This document shows, piece after piece, positions 1-12,500 of a DNA stretch of 64,000 nucleotides. A program made the translations under genes and the position numbers. Every line of letters starts with the position of its first letter. The stretch's first letter is position 1. The stretch lies in NCBI RefSeq assembly GCF_009914755.1, contig NC_060927.1; one strand, written 5' to 3'. The DNA is from the human T2T-CHM13v2.0 reference genome, Homo sapiens. Under the pieces are notes generated by a model. The model was not told the origin of the DNA. It did no database searches and saw only the letters and a list, made by a program, of their open reading frames with translations.

Positions 1-2314
1 GGTTGATTTTTTTTATCTCTCTGCTTCTTTCTTGTTCATCTGTATATGGAGAAAACATCTGAGTCTTTACAGGCTCTCCGAGTGCATTATCAGGACCCAC
101 ATCTTTAGCCTTGCGTGTTGCTCTATCCTGTCTTTCTATATTTTTCTCTCTCTTTTGTATGTGTGTTTGGTTGGGGTTGGGGAACTGGTGACTTAGTCTT
201 ATTTATTCTACTCCCCAGAATTCCACCACTTTTCTGTCCCTTTTCTGTCCCACAGTCTTCAGGGTCAGGCCAGTTGCAAAGTAGGACACTTTTGCTATTG
301 CCTGAGATAAGTCACTCAATTCAATATTTGGCTTACAGAGTGGTTTTGTTTTACTTTTTCAGATGCTTCTCCTGCCAACTCTCTTCTAATTCACAAATCC
401 TTATATAGGTTTATATTAATAGCTAGCTATAGAATTTATCCCTGTAGGGGAATTTCAATATTGGACAGGGCTGTGAAGGGGAGAACCCAAGAGATCTGGA
501 TATGTAGATTAAGTGGATATGTTTCTAACCAAAACCAAACACATAAACAAGAAAGAATTTGTTATTCTGAAAAGAGAGAAGTGAGAAATAGATAAATGAT
601 ACAATATTGGACCATACACAATGTGACAAACCTCCCCATGACCTCTCTAAATCTTTGATGAAGTTGTTAACCCCATGAAATTCTTAAGGCAACTGGAATA
701 TTTACAGTGCCAAGGCCAGAATGTGTAAGTGGGTTGACTGTGAGAAAATTCTCAGCAGGTGTGGAGGGGATGGCAGAGAGAAGCGAATACAGAGAAAGTG
801 TGAGAAGTCTTTCAGATTCTCCTCCCATTGCAAAATGTTAGTTTTCACCAACTGTAACCAGATCTTCAAGGGATTGGGTTTGGGGGTGGGCGGCTGACAT
901 CTCAATTGCACACACCATATTACCTGCCACTTTTGGAACACACTCCTCTCACACCTCACACATTTGCCTGGAACATCCTCCACCTACCCTCTAGTGTACA
1001 GTCAGCTCTGAGGTGCCTTACTCCACACCTCTAACTTCCCACACTCGCATTCCCCTCTTCCCACTCACCATCTTCTGTCTCTATGGTGTTTTGTGCACAT
1101 ACTCCTATCATGACTCTATCACAAAAGGCTGCCATTATCTGCTCATGTTTCTGTCACCTCCACTAGACTATGAGCTTCTATAGATTAAAGACTGTGGTAT
1201 GAGTTCCTATGTGTGTCTGTGAGAGAAGATGCTTTTGTTCATGCTTTAGCACAGAACTTCATTACTCGGTCCACAAACATTTACTGAGCACTCGCTGTGT
1301 ATGAGGAAATGCGCACAGATAAAACAAATTAAGCCTTGTCCTTCCAATCTGAAGCACTGCCAAGGAACAGGCAGGGTATCCATTCATCCATCCAAGAAAT
1401 TTAAACTTAATGGCGGCTCTATATCATGCCCATACTAAGTGCTGGACTATGAAGATTAGTGCAGCACAGTTCCTGCTCTGGAATTGCTCATGGCCCACTA
1501 GTGAAGACAGGAAAGTAAATGGTGATTACAGAATAGTAGGATCAATGCCACGGGAGTCAAGAACTCAAGTGCTCTCATAACCCAGACTGGATGAGTGGTA
1601 GAAGCATGCACTCAAATGTCTAAGAAAATTCATCTCAAGGGATCTGTAATCTCAAAAAATTCTCTAGTCAATATCTTTGTCTTTATCATTTTCTTCTTTA
1701 TGTATTTTTTGAGAAAATCTCTCTAAAAATAAATACATGCTGTGAGAAACTCAACAGAACTTTAAATTATTTCCTTCTTAAGTACAAGAATAGTTACTGA
1801 GGTTCGAGCATGTCTTTGGCCCTAGACTGGGTGAGATGCCCAGCTCTCCACTCTGCATGTCCCAAGCAGCTCTGGTCTATATGGATTTTTATTTGAGTCA
1901 GAGGGAAGTCATAAAACAACACCCTGTAATCTCCACAATAGGCACCCAAATTCATGACCGTTATCACAATCTTATTCCTGTGACCTTACAGCTTTTGAAT
2001 CACAAGAGAACCAATTTGCTCAGTTGGAGTCACATGATGATATGGGGAAAACCATTTATGAACAATCTCTACAGGCTTCCATCTAAAACATTCTGGACAC
2101 TGAAGAAAAATTAATCAAATCTTGTAGACTCGTTGAGCTGGAAACTTAGGAATAATTTAGTCCAACAGTTTTCAAATTTGAACATTTTTCCCTCAAATAA
2201 AAGCTTCAGAAGAAATCCAGTAAATGATAAATGGATCTTTTTTGACTGAAATAAGATTGATGACCGGGAAACCCACCCATGAACCCCTCAGGTAACCTCA
2301 AGAGTAGTATCCAG

Positions 2315-2680
2315 GGCCGGGCCCGATGGCTTACGCCTGTAATCCCAGCACTTTTGGGAAGCCGAGGCAGGCGAATCATGAGGTCAGGAGTTCGAGACCA
2401 GTCTGGCCAAAATGGTGAAACCCTGTCTCTACTAAAAATACAAAAAAATTAGCTGGGTTTGGTGGCGGACACCTGTAATCCCAGCTACTCAGGAGGCTGA
2501 TGCAGGAGAATTGCTTGAACCCTGGAGGCAGAAGGCTGATCCAGGCGAATCTCTTGAACCCTGGAGGCAGAGGTTGCAGTGAGCTGAGATCACGCCACTG
2601 CACTGCAGCCGGGGCAACAGTGCGAGACTCCATCTCAAAAAAAACCAAAACCAAAAACAAACAAACAAAAAAACAATGAA
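2315..2680 (+). mobile_element. AluS element with internal 39-bp tandem duplication
   Basis: GGCCGGGC start, dimeric structure, A/C-rich tail; TSD TAGTATCCAG at 2305-2314 and 2681-2690. Confidence 0.95.
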
Positions 2681-3573
2681 TAGTATCCAGGAGCACAACT
2701 TGCAAACAATCAAGTCTCACCTTTATTTTGTAGAGAGGAACCTGAAGTGCAGAGAAGGGAAGCAAGAAAGTGACCTACCCAGGGTCACTCTGAGGGGACG
2801 GCAAAAGAGTGAGCACCCACATTTCTTGGCCTAGCCCTGTATTCTTCCCCACGGCCCTCTTTCCATCTGCTGCTGAGTCGAAGCACTTTATAGCAGAGCA
2901 GAGGACTCTGCCTGGCCCAGGTGGAGCTGGGAAGGGAGAAAGCCTCCATCAACTCAACTTTCCCCCAGGACACAGAGCAGCCCTGCTGGCATGTTATCAC
3001 TAATATACAAAATGTGAAATTGTAAGGAATTGTTTGCCAATTTTCTTATCTCAACTGGCACAGAAGCAGGCTTGTTGGAGAGTTATGAGGTGTTAGAGTA
3101 TTGTTGTTTATCCACCGCACATCCCTCGGCTGTTCTCACGGAGAGACTCACGGAAGCCTGCACACATAAATTCACATAAATTACCTTCACAAAATGTCAA
3201 AATCAAAAGTAGATTTTTATTTTGGGTATATGCCTTGAGACTGTTAACCCCTTCATGGGGGTAGAGGTATCAGCATGAGAAAACACAGTTGACATCTTTG
3301 ACTACACGCAGGCCACAGGGACTAACTCCTGATCTTCCTTCCTATTCCCATCGCTATCCCATCTGCAACAGAGTCATCGTTCTTGTTAACAAGCCATAGA
3401 CTTTTCTAAGTTCCCTGTCTGTGCACAAATATTGTTCTAGAGACAAGATTTTTTAATTCTGTGGTCACCGTAATTTCATTCTTTATTTAACTAAATTGTA
3501 ATTAACTAACTGAGAGTTCAGAAGAGATACACAACCATTCTGGGCCTCAGTTTCCTTACTTGTAAAAGGTGGA

Positions 3574-3973
3574 TGCTACGGTTTGAAAGTCTGTGTCTTC
3601 TTCAAGATTTATATTGAAACATAATCCCCTAAACGCAATATTAAGAGGTGAGGCCTGTAGGAGGTGATTAGGCTATAAGGGCTCTGTTCTCATGAATGGG
3701 ATTAGTGCCTTATAAAAAATCTGGAGGAAACTAGCTAGGCCCTTTTTACCCTTTTCATTTCTCCCATCACATGAGGACACAGCATTTGTCCCCTTTGGAA
3801 GGTACAATGTTAAAGGCACCATCTTGAAAGCAGAGACCCGTACCAGACACCGATGTGCTGGTGCCTTGATCTTGGATTAACCAGACTCCAGAACTGAGAG
3901 AAATAAATTTCTGTGGTTTATAAATTATTCAGCCCCATGTGTTTGGTTATAGCAGCTGCAATGGACTAAGGCA
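3574..3973 (+). mobile_element. MaLR solo LTR (MSTD/MLT1A-like) inserted in a MIR remnant
   Basis: TG...CA ends (TGCTACGGTTTG...GACTAAGGCA), MaLR-like blocks GGCACCATCTTG and CCAGAACTGAGAGAAATAAATTTCTG; 5-bp TSD GTGGA/GTGAA. Confidence 0.8.
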
Positions 3974-4380
3974 GTGAAGATTGGGATAGATGAGTGCTGA
4001 ACAGCCAGCTTTTCTTCCCAAGGTTTCACAGAGATAGCAATGGGGATCATCAAGTAGCTATTGATATTTCAAAAGCTTTGTGGATATTATAGATACCTGC
4101 AATAGGATTTTTAAAAATCCCGTGTGACTTCTGGAGGTATCAGGAGACAGAGAGAACAAGTGAAAAAAGCAAGGGAGTGCCTGGTGTTGCAGCTGGTCCG
4201 GTAGGCAGAGAGGGCCAGCAGCCCAGAAGGACTTTCTGAAAACTAGATTTAAAAAGGGGGCAGGTAGTGCTGAAGAAATGGAGAATGACATGGCTCTTGT
4301 GAAGAGGTTCACCTTGAAATAGTCCTGAGAGAAGACAAGCATCTTTAATGCCAATACTGTTTTCTAAATCTGAAGTATGA

Positions 4381-4707
<327 letters not shown>

Positions 4708-6516
4708 TCAAATTGGCCTTTATTGAACTGTTGTGAGAGGGAAAAACACCCCCAAACATGCCTTTTCTTTGCCTCCGACTCATGTTCTGGCAACTAAGTG
4801 TGGCTGGTTATGCCTTTCAAGCTGATTAGAAGTTTTCAGGGTGCCTTTCACACTGATTAAAAAGCTCTCAGGGTAGTTATTCATCCACTTCTCTGAGAAA
4901 CAAACATTTACCGGGGGCCAACTATGGTGGATCTGTCTTTGCTTTTAAAAAAAGCGGAAAGAATCATCTTAAGATCATGCGGTTTTTCTGTAGGACAGAA
5001 ATCTTTCAGTATGTGGTGGAGCAGAATCCTCGATGATGAAGAGACTGGAGAGCTACCCCCCTCAGACCGGGGGTAGGCTAGCTCTGACAGTCTAGGATGG
5101 AGCATCAGAATGAAACCTCAAATGGGAAATGGGAGTAGAAAGAATGTGGATTTGTGCCAGGACCACATTATGATCTCTATGCCCCAAACCTTTTTGTCTT
5201 CCCACTGTAACAACATCAATATTAAAACTTCTGTTTCTATAACTTTAAATCGTTCAATATTATGTGTTTTTTCCCTTTTAGGCAAAATGTAATAGGTTTG
5301 GGGTGCCTTACAAATTTTACTTTTTCTTTTTTCTGATGTGAGAACAATTTAAAACTTTTAAATTTGTGACCCTAAAAGCTGTTTTTTTCCTTCTTGTTTT
5401 AAAAGAAAGTAAAATATTTCAAGGGCTGCCAAAAGTTTTGTGAACCTCAGGCACTGAGCTTCTTGTGCCTAAAGGATTTGTCAACCTGGCTCTGGGGGAA
5501 AGAGAAAGGCTTCATTCAGCCTGCAGCGCTCGCTGTGGGACTGCTGATGCACGGGAAGCTGGGGATTGGTCCTGCTTCATGGAAGCCGTATCTCTCAGCC
5601 CAGAACTCACTGGGCTCAGACATTTGGCAAAAGTGCCTCCAGTTTGCCAGTGCATGAGTTTGATGGCCGTTTCTTTGCTTTTCTTCTAAATGGGGCAACT
5701 TGAAGAGCAGGAAAGAACAGTGAACTGGAGTCCAGAAAACTAGAGGTCGGGTTGCATGTTTTCATTCTATGGAGCTGTGTGGCCATGGACAACCCTCATT
5801 TCAGGGGGTCTGTTTCAATATTTGCCAAATAAAAAAGTTGAACTAAACAATAACTTTTAAGCTATAATTTATGCCCTACATGCTTCTATAATATTATTAG
5901 AAAAATTCTCAGAGAGATAGATGAAGTTCCTTATAAATGGAAGCAGTTATACTTAGACCAGGATCTGGAAATAAGTTATTTACTATAATACTATATTAAA
6001 TTTAGTTCTGAATTTTCTGGCAGCTGAGAAATATAGTATTTCTATTGTCTAATCAAAGGCAAGGTAGTACTTCCTTAAGGCTTTATTTGGGATTTTTTTT
6101 TTAATGCTAAAAAAATCAGCACTACTGCCATTTAATTTTTTTAAAAGAGCAAAAATTGACGCACAATCCACTACTTCAATAAATATAACTATTTTCTTTC
6201 TAGTCTTTACCAATGTGAAATTATTCAGTGGAACATTCCAAGATAAAATATTTTTGGTTTCCTGCTTTATTTCACTCAAGAAGATACAACTGTTAATCTC
6301 GTGCTACTGCAATGTTTGCGTGTTATTTTGAATGCCTGTGTAATACCAGTTGGATATACTTAGCCATTCCTTGAACATTAGGTGTTTAGTTGGTTTTCCA
6401 TTTTTCATTACTACTCAGAATAAGCAATTAATATTGTAGCATTTTGCTTCTTTCAGGTAGTTTTTATTACATGAATTCCCTGGAATGAGAAGATTCCATG
6501 AAAAAGTATGAACATT

Positions 6517-6890
<374 letters not shown>

Positions 6891-7654
6891 CTAAATGAAG
6901 ATATAAATTTACTGGGAAATATTACAGAACAGCAAATCTTTTCAGTTCTAAAAGGCTCCCAATGAGTTTGTTGCAGGGGATGATTGATCTATGTGAAAGC
7001 AATGGAACATTTGATTTTGATCTGTTACTGGTATTAATGTACCTTTAGCATTTCACGGAATACAGCCTATGCAGGGATAGAAGAGCACTTTACTATTGAA
7101 TTGGGAATGAACTGGGCCAGAGGTCATGAGAAATAGAGTGGAATGTGTAGATGTGCAGCACGCTTCTCCTGTTGGGGAAGCTGAGGAAGTTCTGTTTATT
7201 GTTCTTCTAAGATGTTCCTGTGACTGGAACAGAGCTGGAATTACTCTGGATTGGGATAGCTGGGCTCAACTTTCCCACTATTTATGGCAGTGAGAATTTA
7301 AACGGAGCTGAGAGTTTCCTTCTTTCCTGGATCTCAAACAGCTTGGTCTCAGAGCGCAGAGCTTCCCCAAGTGTTTCCAGAGAAGACAGCCTGAGGGAGA
7401 GGAAGTGGTGCTAATTAAATCCTCCCTCTGTTTTCCAGGCACAGGAGCCTTTCGCAGATGTCTGTTGTTAGGCGTGTGTTCACAGAGTGCGCAAATACAG
7501 AAGCAGGCTTTCCTTCCCCAATGGCACAAACCTTCCTTCACAGGTTATAGAGAACTTTAGAAATGCATTTCCTTCCAACACCCACTGTGATAAAGGTGGC
7601 AGACCTGCATAAATACAGCATGTAGCTGCCAGGGACAGGAAGGTCAGAGTGCCT

Positions 7655-7692
7655 CCTCTGTCTGTCTTTCTTTCTCTGTCTCTGTCTCTATG

Positions 7693-7740
<48 letters not shown>
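7655..7740. repeat. Compound (TC)n/(CA)n microsatellite
   Basis: Visible TCTG/TC repeats followed by a (CA)n run. Confidence 0.95.
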
Positions 7741-8106
7741 TCTTTCTCCTGCTTCTTCATTCCTTGTTTTCTCAGAGACCAATTTCTACCTTTTGCACAC
7801 CTAACTTTAAAAGATCACCTAAAAGCTCAGAGACATCTTTTCTGTCATAAGGCAGATGTTGGGTGTGCTATACTGGGGGCATGGTTGGGAGGACACTTGC
7901 TGCTACGACTATTCAAGTGTGACCCTGGGTGGTTCCCATCTACTCTGTGTTCCTCAGAAAGATGGGGAAAGACTAAGTAGCTCTTCTAGGATTGCTGGAA
8001 AGATCAGATAAGAAAACATATAAAGCTTAAGAAATCATATAAAGCAAACTGCATAAGGCTTTCCACTTGTGAGTTACCTTAGCTGTGTTTTCTACATTCA
8101 AATCCT

Positions 8107-8243
8107 CAGGGTGAACATATATATAGAGCCACATTTGCCTGAGACTGTCCAGTTCACTCCTATCATCCTGACATAATTGTCAATAGCACCCTTTTCATGC
8201 CAAAATATCCCAAAATTAGCTCATAAATTATATGATCATACTA
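8107..8243. mobile_element. hAT-Blackjack MITE (MER94-like)
   Basis: Degenerate TIRs AGGGTGA...TGATCATACTA and internal TTTGCCTGAGACTGTCC / AATAGCACCCTTTTCA / TAAATTATATG blocks resembling MER94 as I recall it. Confidence 0.6.
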
Positions 8244-8769
8244 TTTTTACCTCTTGTGAATAGCCTAGTTAATCCCAATTTCAAAAGCGGAAGCTTGCTG
8301 GGGATAGGGGCTTCTTCTCACCTTCTTTTGTTTCACAGGAACCAAGGAAATTGATTAAAAACCACTTTTGTTTAAGAACAAGGAGGTGACTCCGAGAATA
8401 ATATGGCATTCCTACTTTCATGGTGAAAATGGACATGAAACTTTCTAGGTAGCATTGATAACATGCTCACTGTCAGCTTGAAAGGATTTGAGTGCACAGG
8501 CTAAGCTAACATGTGTCTTCTATTTTATTTTGCTTTGCTTTATATGTACAAAATAGAAACCAAGATATTATTTTTATTTATTTTTAAACCATGTGTGATC
8601 ATTACTAGCCCCCACAGACATGCAAACAAAAATAAAAATCACCTCTAACACTGTCATCTAGAGATAACTATTGTTATATTTTATTTTACTTCTTTTCAGG
8701 CCCTCTTTTTAGACATTTTTAAATCTGTTATACCATACATGTGTGCCTGTATATACATATGCAGGTACA

Positions 8770-8939
8770 TTTCCTTCCTTCCTTCCTTCCTTCCTTCCTT
8801 CCTTCCTTCCTTCCTTTCTTCTGTCTTTCTTTCTTTTTTCTTTCTTTCTTTTTCTTTCTTTCTTTCTTTCCTTCTTTCTTTCTTCTCTTTTTTCCTTCTT
8901 CCTTTCCTTTCCTTCTTTATCTTTCTTCTCTTTCTTTCT
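8770..8939. repeat. (TTCC)n / TC-rich polypyrimidine low-complexity tract
   Basis: About 170 bp almost purely pyrimidine on + strand. Confidence 0.95.
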
Positions 8940-9270
8940 AAATTATTTTAACAAATTGGAATAATATTATTTATAATATTTTTTAACTTACTTTTTTCCA
9001 TTTATAATATATTTTGGATATTTTTCTGTGATAAAATATACACTCACACTTTCAGTGATAACATTGTATTTACAGTGCAACATATTTTATTTAGTCAACT
9101 TCTTACTGATGGATACTTATTTTATTTTATTTTTTGGTGTTAGACTCAATGTTGCATGAATGTCTAATGTTTTTACATACAGTGTTGTATGAGATATAAA
9201 GTGGTGTGTTTTTCTTTTATATATAACCTGGTATATTTTTCTATTAGATGCGGTGTTGTGATGAACAAAC

Positions 9271-9571
9271 TTTTTTTTTTTTTTTTTTTGAGACAGGGTC
9301 TTGCTCTGTTGCCTAGCCTGGAGTGCAGTGGCATGATCTTGACTCACTGCAACTTCCACTTCCTGTGCTCAGGTGAACCTCCCACCTCAGCCTACCGAGT
9401 AGCTGAGACTATGGGCACATTCCGCCATGTCTGGCTAATTTTTGTATTTTTTGTAGAGACTGGGTTTCGCCATGTTGCCCAGGCTGGTCTCAAACTCCTG
9501 AGCACAAGGGATCTACCAGCCTCAGACTCCTAGAATGCTGGGATTACAGGCATGAGTCACCATGCCCAGCT
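9271..9571 (-). mobile_element. AluJ element
   Basis: Poly(T), GAGACAGGGTCTTGCTCT, CCTCCCACCTCAGCC AluJ-type diagnostics; TSD TGAACAA. Confidence 0.93.
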
Positions 9572-9577
9572 GAACAA

Positions 9578-9579
<2 letters not shown>

Positions 9580-9619
<40 letters not shown>

Positions 9620-9646
9620 ACACGTGTATGCATGTGCGTGTGTGTG
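9580..9646. repeat. (TG)n microsatellite
   Basis: Pure TG run followed by degenerate TG repeats. Confidence 0.95.
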
Positions 9647-10173
9647 AGTCTTTGGGTATTCGTCTAATTATTTTCTTAGAATAAATTTTTAGAATTCGAA
9701 TCTTTCAGTTAAAAACATGTTCAGTTCTAAGTGCTCTTATGCTCTATTATGACTCAAGAAGCACACAAGAAAATGCATTATCATTGCTTTTAACTCTTAA
9801 ATAAGCTTGCAGTCTGGTGAATTTTCAACCAAAAATGCTATGCAATTTTGAAGAGAAATTGTCTGGTAATTATTTTATATAGCTCTTCTCTTGTTCAGGT
9901 TCCTGTCTCCTGGGATTAAACTCCTTTTCTCTGTCCGGAGAGTCTCTCCTTCACTTCTCTGGTAAATGACCTTGCAGGATTGTGGATGGTATTTAGAAGT
10001 CTGTGTTATGAAGCTGTATCCACCAATGCCTCTGTTTAGTTAACATGAAGGATGTTTTTAAGTTTCAGGAATTCCGTTTGCTCATCATATTCTGTTTTGC
10101 CATAGCTAGGACACAGGTACAGAGGTAACATTTTTTCAATGAGATTTTTCTGCCCTTGGTTTAGGCTGAAGAA

Positions 10174-10383
10174 ATGTCAACAATTGGGAGTTTTGAAGGA
10201 TTCCAGGCTGTGTCTCTGAAGCAAGAGGGAGATGACCAACCCTCTGAGACTGACCACCTATCGATGGAGGAAGAGGACCCGATGCCAAGACAGATTTCAA
10301 GGCAGTCAAGTGTGACCGAATCAACTCTTTACCCCAATCCTTATCATCAGCCTTATATCTCACGGAAGTACTTTGCTACACGG
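10174..10383 (+). CDS. TPRG1: TPRG1 first coding exon (codons 1-70; exon starts at 10165 with 9 nt of 5'UTR)
   Basis: Translates MSTIGSFEGFQAVSLKQEGDDQPSETDHLSMEEEDPMPRQISRQSSVTESTLYPNPYHQPYISRKYFATR, recognised as the TPRG1 N-terminus; acceptor ttggtttag|G at 10164/10165, donor CGG|gtaaat at 10383/10384, phase 0. Confidence 0.95.
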
Positions 10384-10449
10384 GTAAATTTATTGGTTCT
10401 CTTAAATACTATATAAAAATTCACCCCAAGACATCTTAAAATCCTTCTG

Positions 10450-10620
10450 TGTATCACATATTTACTGAGTGTACTCACATTTGTCTCATGTAATCGTCAT
10501 AATAATCATGAAGTAGCTATCCTTATCCCTATTTAAAGATGAAGGATCTGAACTTTAGAGAATTTAAAGATCTATGTTTGATTCCACAGATAGTATTAAG
10601 GAGAAGTGTGTCCTCGAGCT
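10450..10620 (-). mobile_element. MIR fragment
   Basis: ATCCCTATTTAAAGATGAAGGATCTGAA core-like MIR motif; boundaries approximate. Confidence 0.55.
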
Positions 10621-11599
10621 TCCTTCTTTGGTTCCTCAGTTTGTGTTTATGCTAAACCTGATCTCAAAGAACTAGTATTCCATAAAGAGAGAACCATAGC
10701 AGCTAGAATACAAAGCTGTTAATCCAGTGAGGGTATTCATTGTTTGTGTGGAAAAGATATGGATAATGGAGTGGAGAGGGTTGCTAAGATCGCACTGACT
10801 CTCTAAAGTTTACGATGGGATGCTCATATTACAACGAGGGAACAGGTAGCTTTAAATCTCAAACCTACAGCTACCAGCTGGAGCTGAGCTCTCTTACCTG
10901 TGCAATGGAGCTGGGAAAGTAAATGGATGGGTAAGTAAGCAGGAGGGAGCTTGTATATCTGGATGTTAAAAAAGCAATATTTTTAACTTTTAGCATTTGA
11001 TTCAAGTGGAGAGTGCTTCATAGGTTTCTAGTACCTTTCCCTCTTGAGCTCTTCTTCCTACTTATAGATCCTCTTTCCAATCCTTCAACATTCTTATTAG
11101 CACAGTCATGGTTAGCTTAGAGGTTACAATCAATTGGGGGCAAAATCAGGGAGTTTACACTATGGCAACAGAGAACATCTCATTTTCATGTGTACGTGGG
11201 AGATCTTTTTGGAAAAAAAATGTATTTCAACTCATTCTCATAAAAAATTGGGGCCAGGGTTTTGTGACTTTTCCAAAGCTTTAATTAATAAATCCTGATT
11301 TGGTTGCTTTCAAAAGATATCTTTGGTTTAGGTAAAGTTTTAACTAAAGCAACTTAACGAGTGTGTGTGTGTGCCTGTGTGAGTCTGTGTTTAAACACTG
11401 CATATACTCTTATGTGCAAGATGCTTTAGTAGGTGCGATACTATATGTGTGTTTGTGTGAGTGTTTCTGCATATGTAGAGCATATGGTTTGTTTTCCGAA
11501 GTATGTGAACTTTATTGAATATGCAAAGTTAAGCTGTGTGATATAGCTGCAAAGGAAATCAAAGCATCTCTTGGAGTTGTGCTATCTTTGATATTGATG

Positions 11600-12130
11600 A
11601 TGTAGGGTTTGATGATAGAAGAACACACTGCGATATAGAATAAAGATTTATTGCTGGGAGCTGATGCAATTATGAGAGCTGGCTGGGACTATGGAAAGTT
11701 GTTTTCTCTGAATCTGGTGTTGGGCCTGAAGTTAGAATAGGCCAATCAGTTGGCAGTTGTGAAGAGGAAATAGGGAAAAAGGAATAGGAAAAAATTGCAT
11801 GGACAAACTGGAATGTCTGGTGACAATGTTTAACTTATGAGGAAAAACTGGAACCTATGTCTGTCTCCCACCAAGTCTAACCTTGATGGTGTGAGGTCAC
11901 TTTTAGAAGCTAGTGCTTTCATTACTGAGCTACACACTTAACTAGCCCAGGGAGAGGAAAGTCTTAGAAAAAAAGCCTGACTGTGATGGAAGGAGACGCA
12001 GGTACAGGGGCTACCCCTTGCCGTTAAGTAAACCAGGATAACAGTTGCCATGAACATGAGTTGTCACAGTGCATGGTGACCTGCACTGATCTTCAACAGG
12101 GAAAACGACTTATGTTTCAATTCTACCTTT
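11600..12130 (-). mobile_element. Old ERVL LTR (MLT2F-like)
   Basis: Repeated GGACAAACTGGAA / AAAACTGGAACCTATGTCTGTCTC blocks resembling MLT2F as recalled; boundaries approximate. Confidence 0.45.
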
Positions 12131-12289
12131 TGAATATTACACAGGTGTCTCTTGTTGCCAGCCCTAATTTGGAAACACACACAAAAAAGCAATTCTAGAA
12201 AATGTAGTTTCAGCTCAGCTAAATTGACAGAGTCCAAATCCACTACACATGATGATTGTATTGGTGTTGTACCATGTAGCTTATACAGC

Positions 12290-12500
12290 AAACTCACATC
12301 CTTTATCTGTTTGATTCCCCAGAGCAATACTGGGAGGCAGGCAGGAGAGGGCTTAACATCCGTGTTTTAAAGATGAACATATTGAAGTTTGAGAAAAATG
12401 AAGTGACCTGTCCAAATCATATAATGTTAGTGGAAGGGCTGCAGCTAGATTCCGGGTCTTGATTCTGGAACTTCTTTCTCCAAGTCCAATACTTTCCTGA
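12290..12500 (-). mobile_element. MIR fragment
   Basis: TTTTAAAGATGAA...AAGTGACCTGTCCAAATCA MIR-like core. Confidence 0.55.

Noticed and set aside
2376-2765. Alu-derived ORFs (also 4387, 9189, 20942, 27056-27934, 30553, 36678, 47752)
   Set aside because: Standard antisense/sense Alu translations with no splice context or coding signature
5215-5490. Possible hAT-Tip100 (MER45/MER91-like) remnant
   Set aside because: Only a weak terminal resemblance; could not define both TIRs or a TSD
8739-8964. Three overlapping F/L/S/P-rich ORFs
   Set aside because: Artefact of the stop-free (TTCC)n tract
10384-10416. C-terminal tail VNLLVLLNTI of ORF 10174..10416
   Set aside because: Read-through past the GT donor at 10384 into intron; the frame continues at 18084
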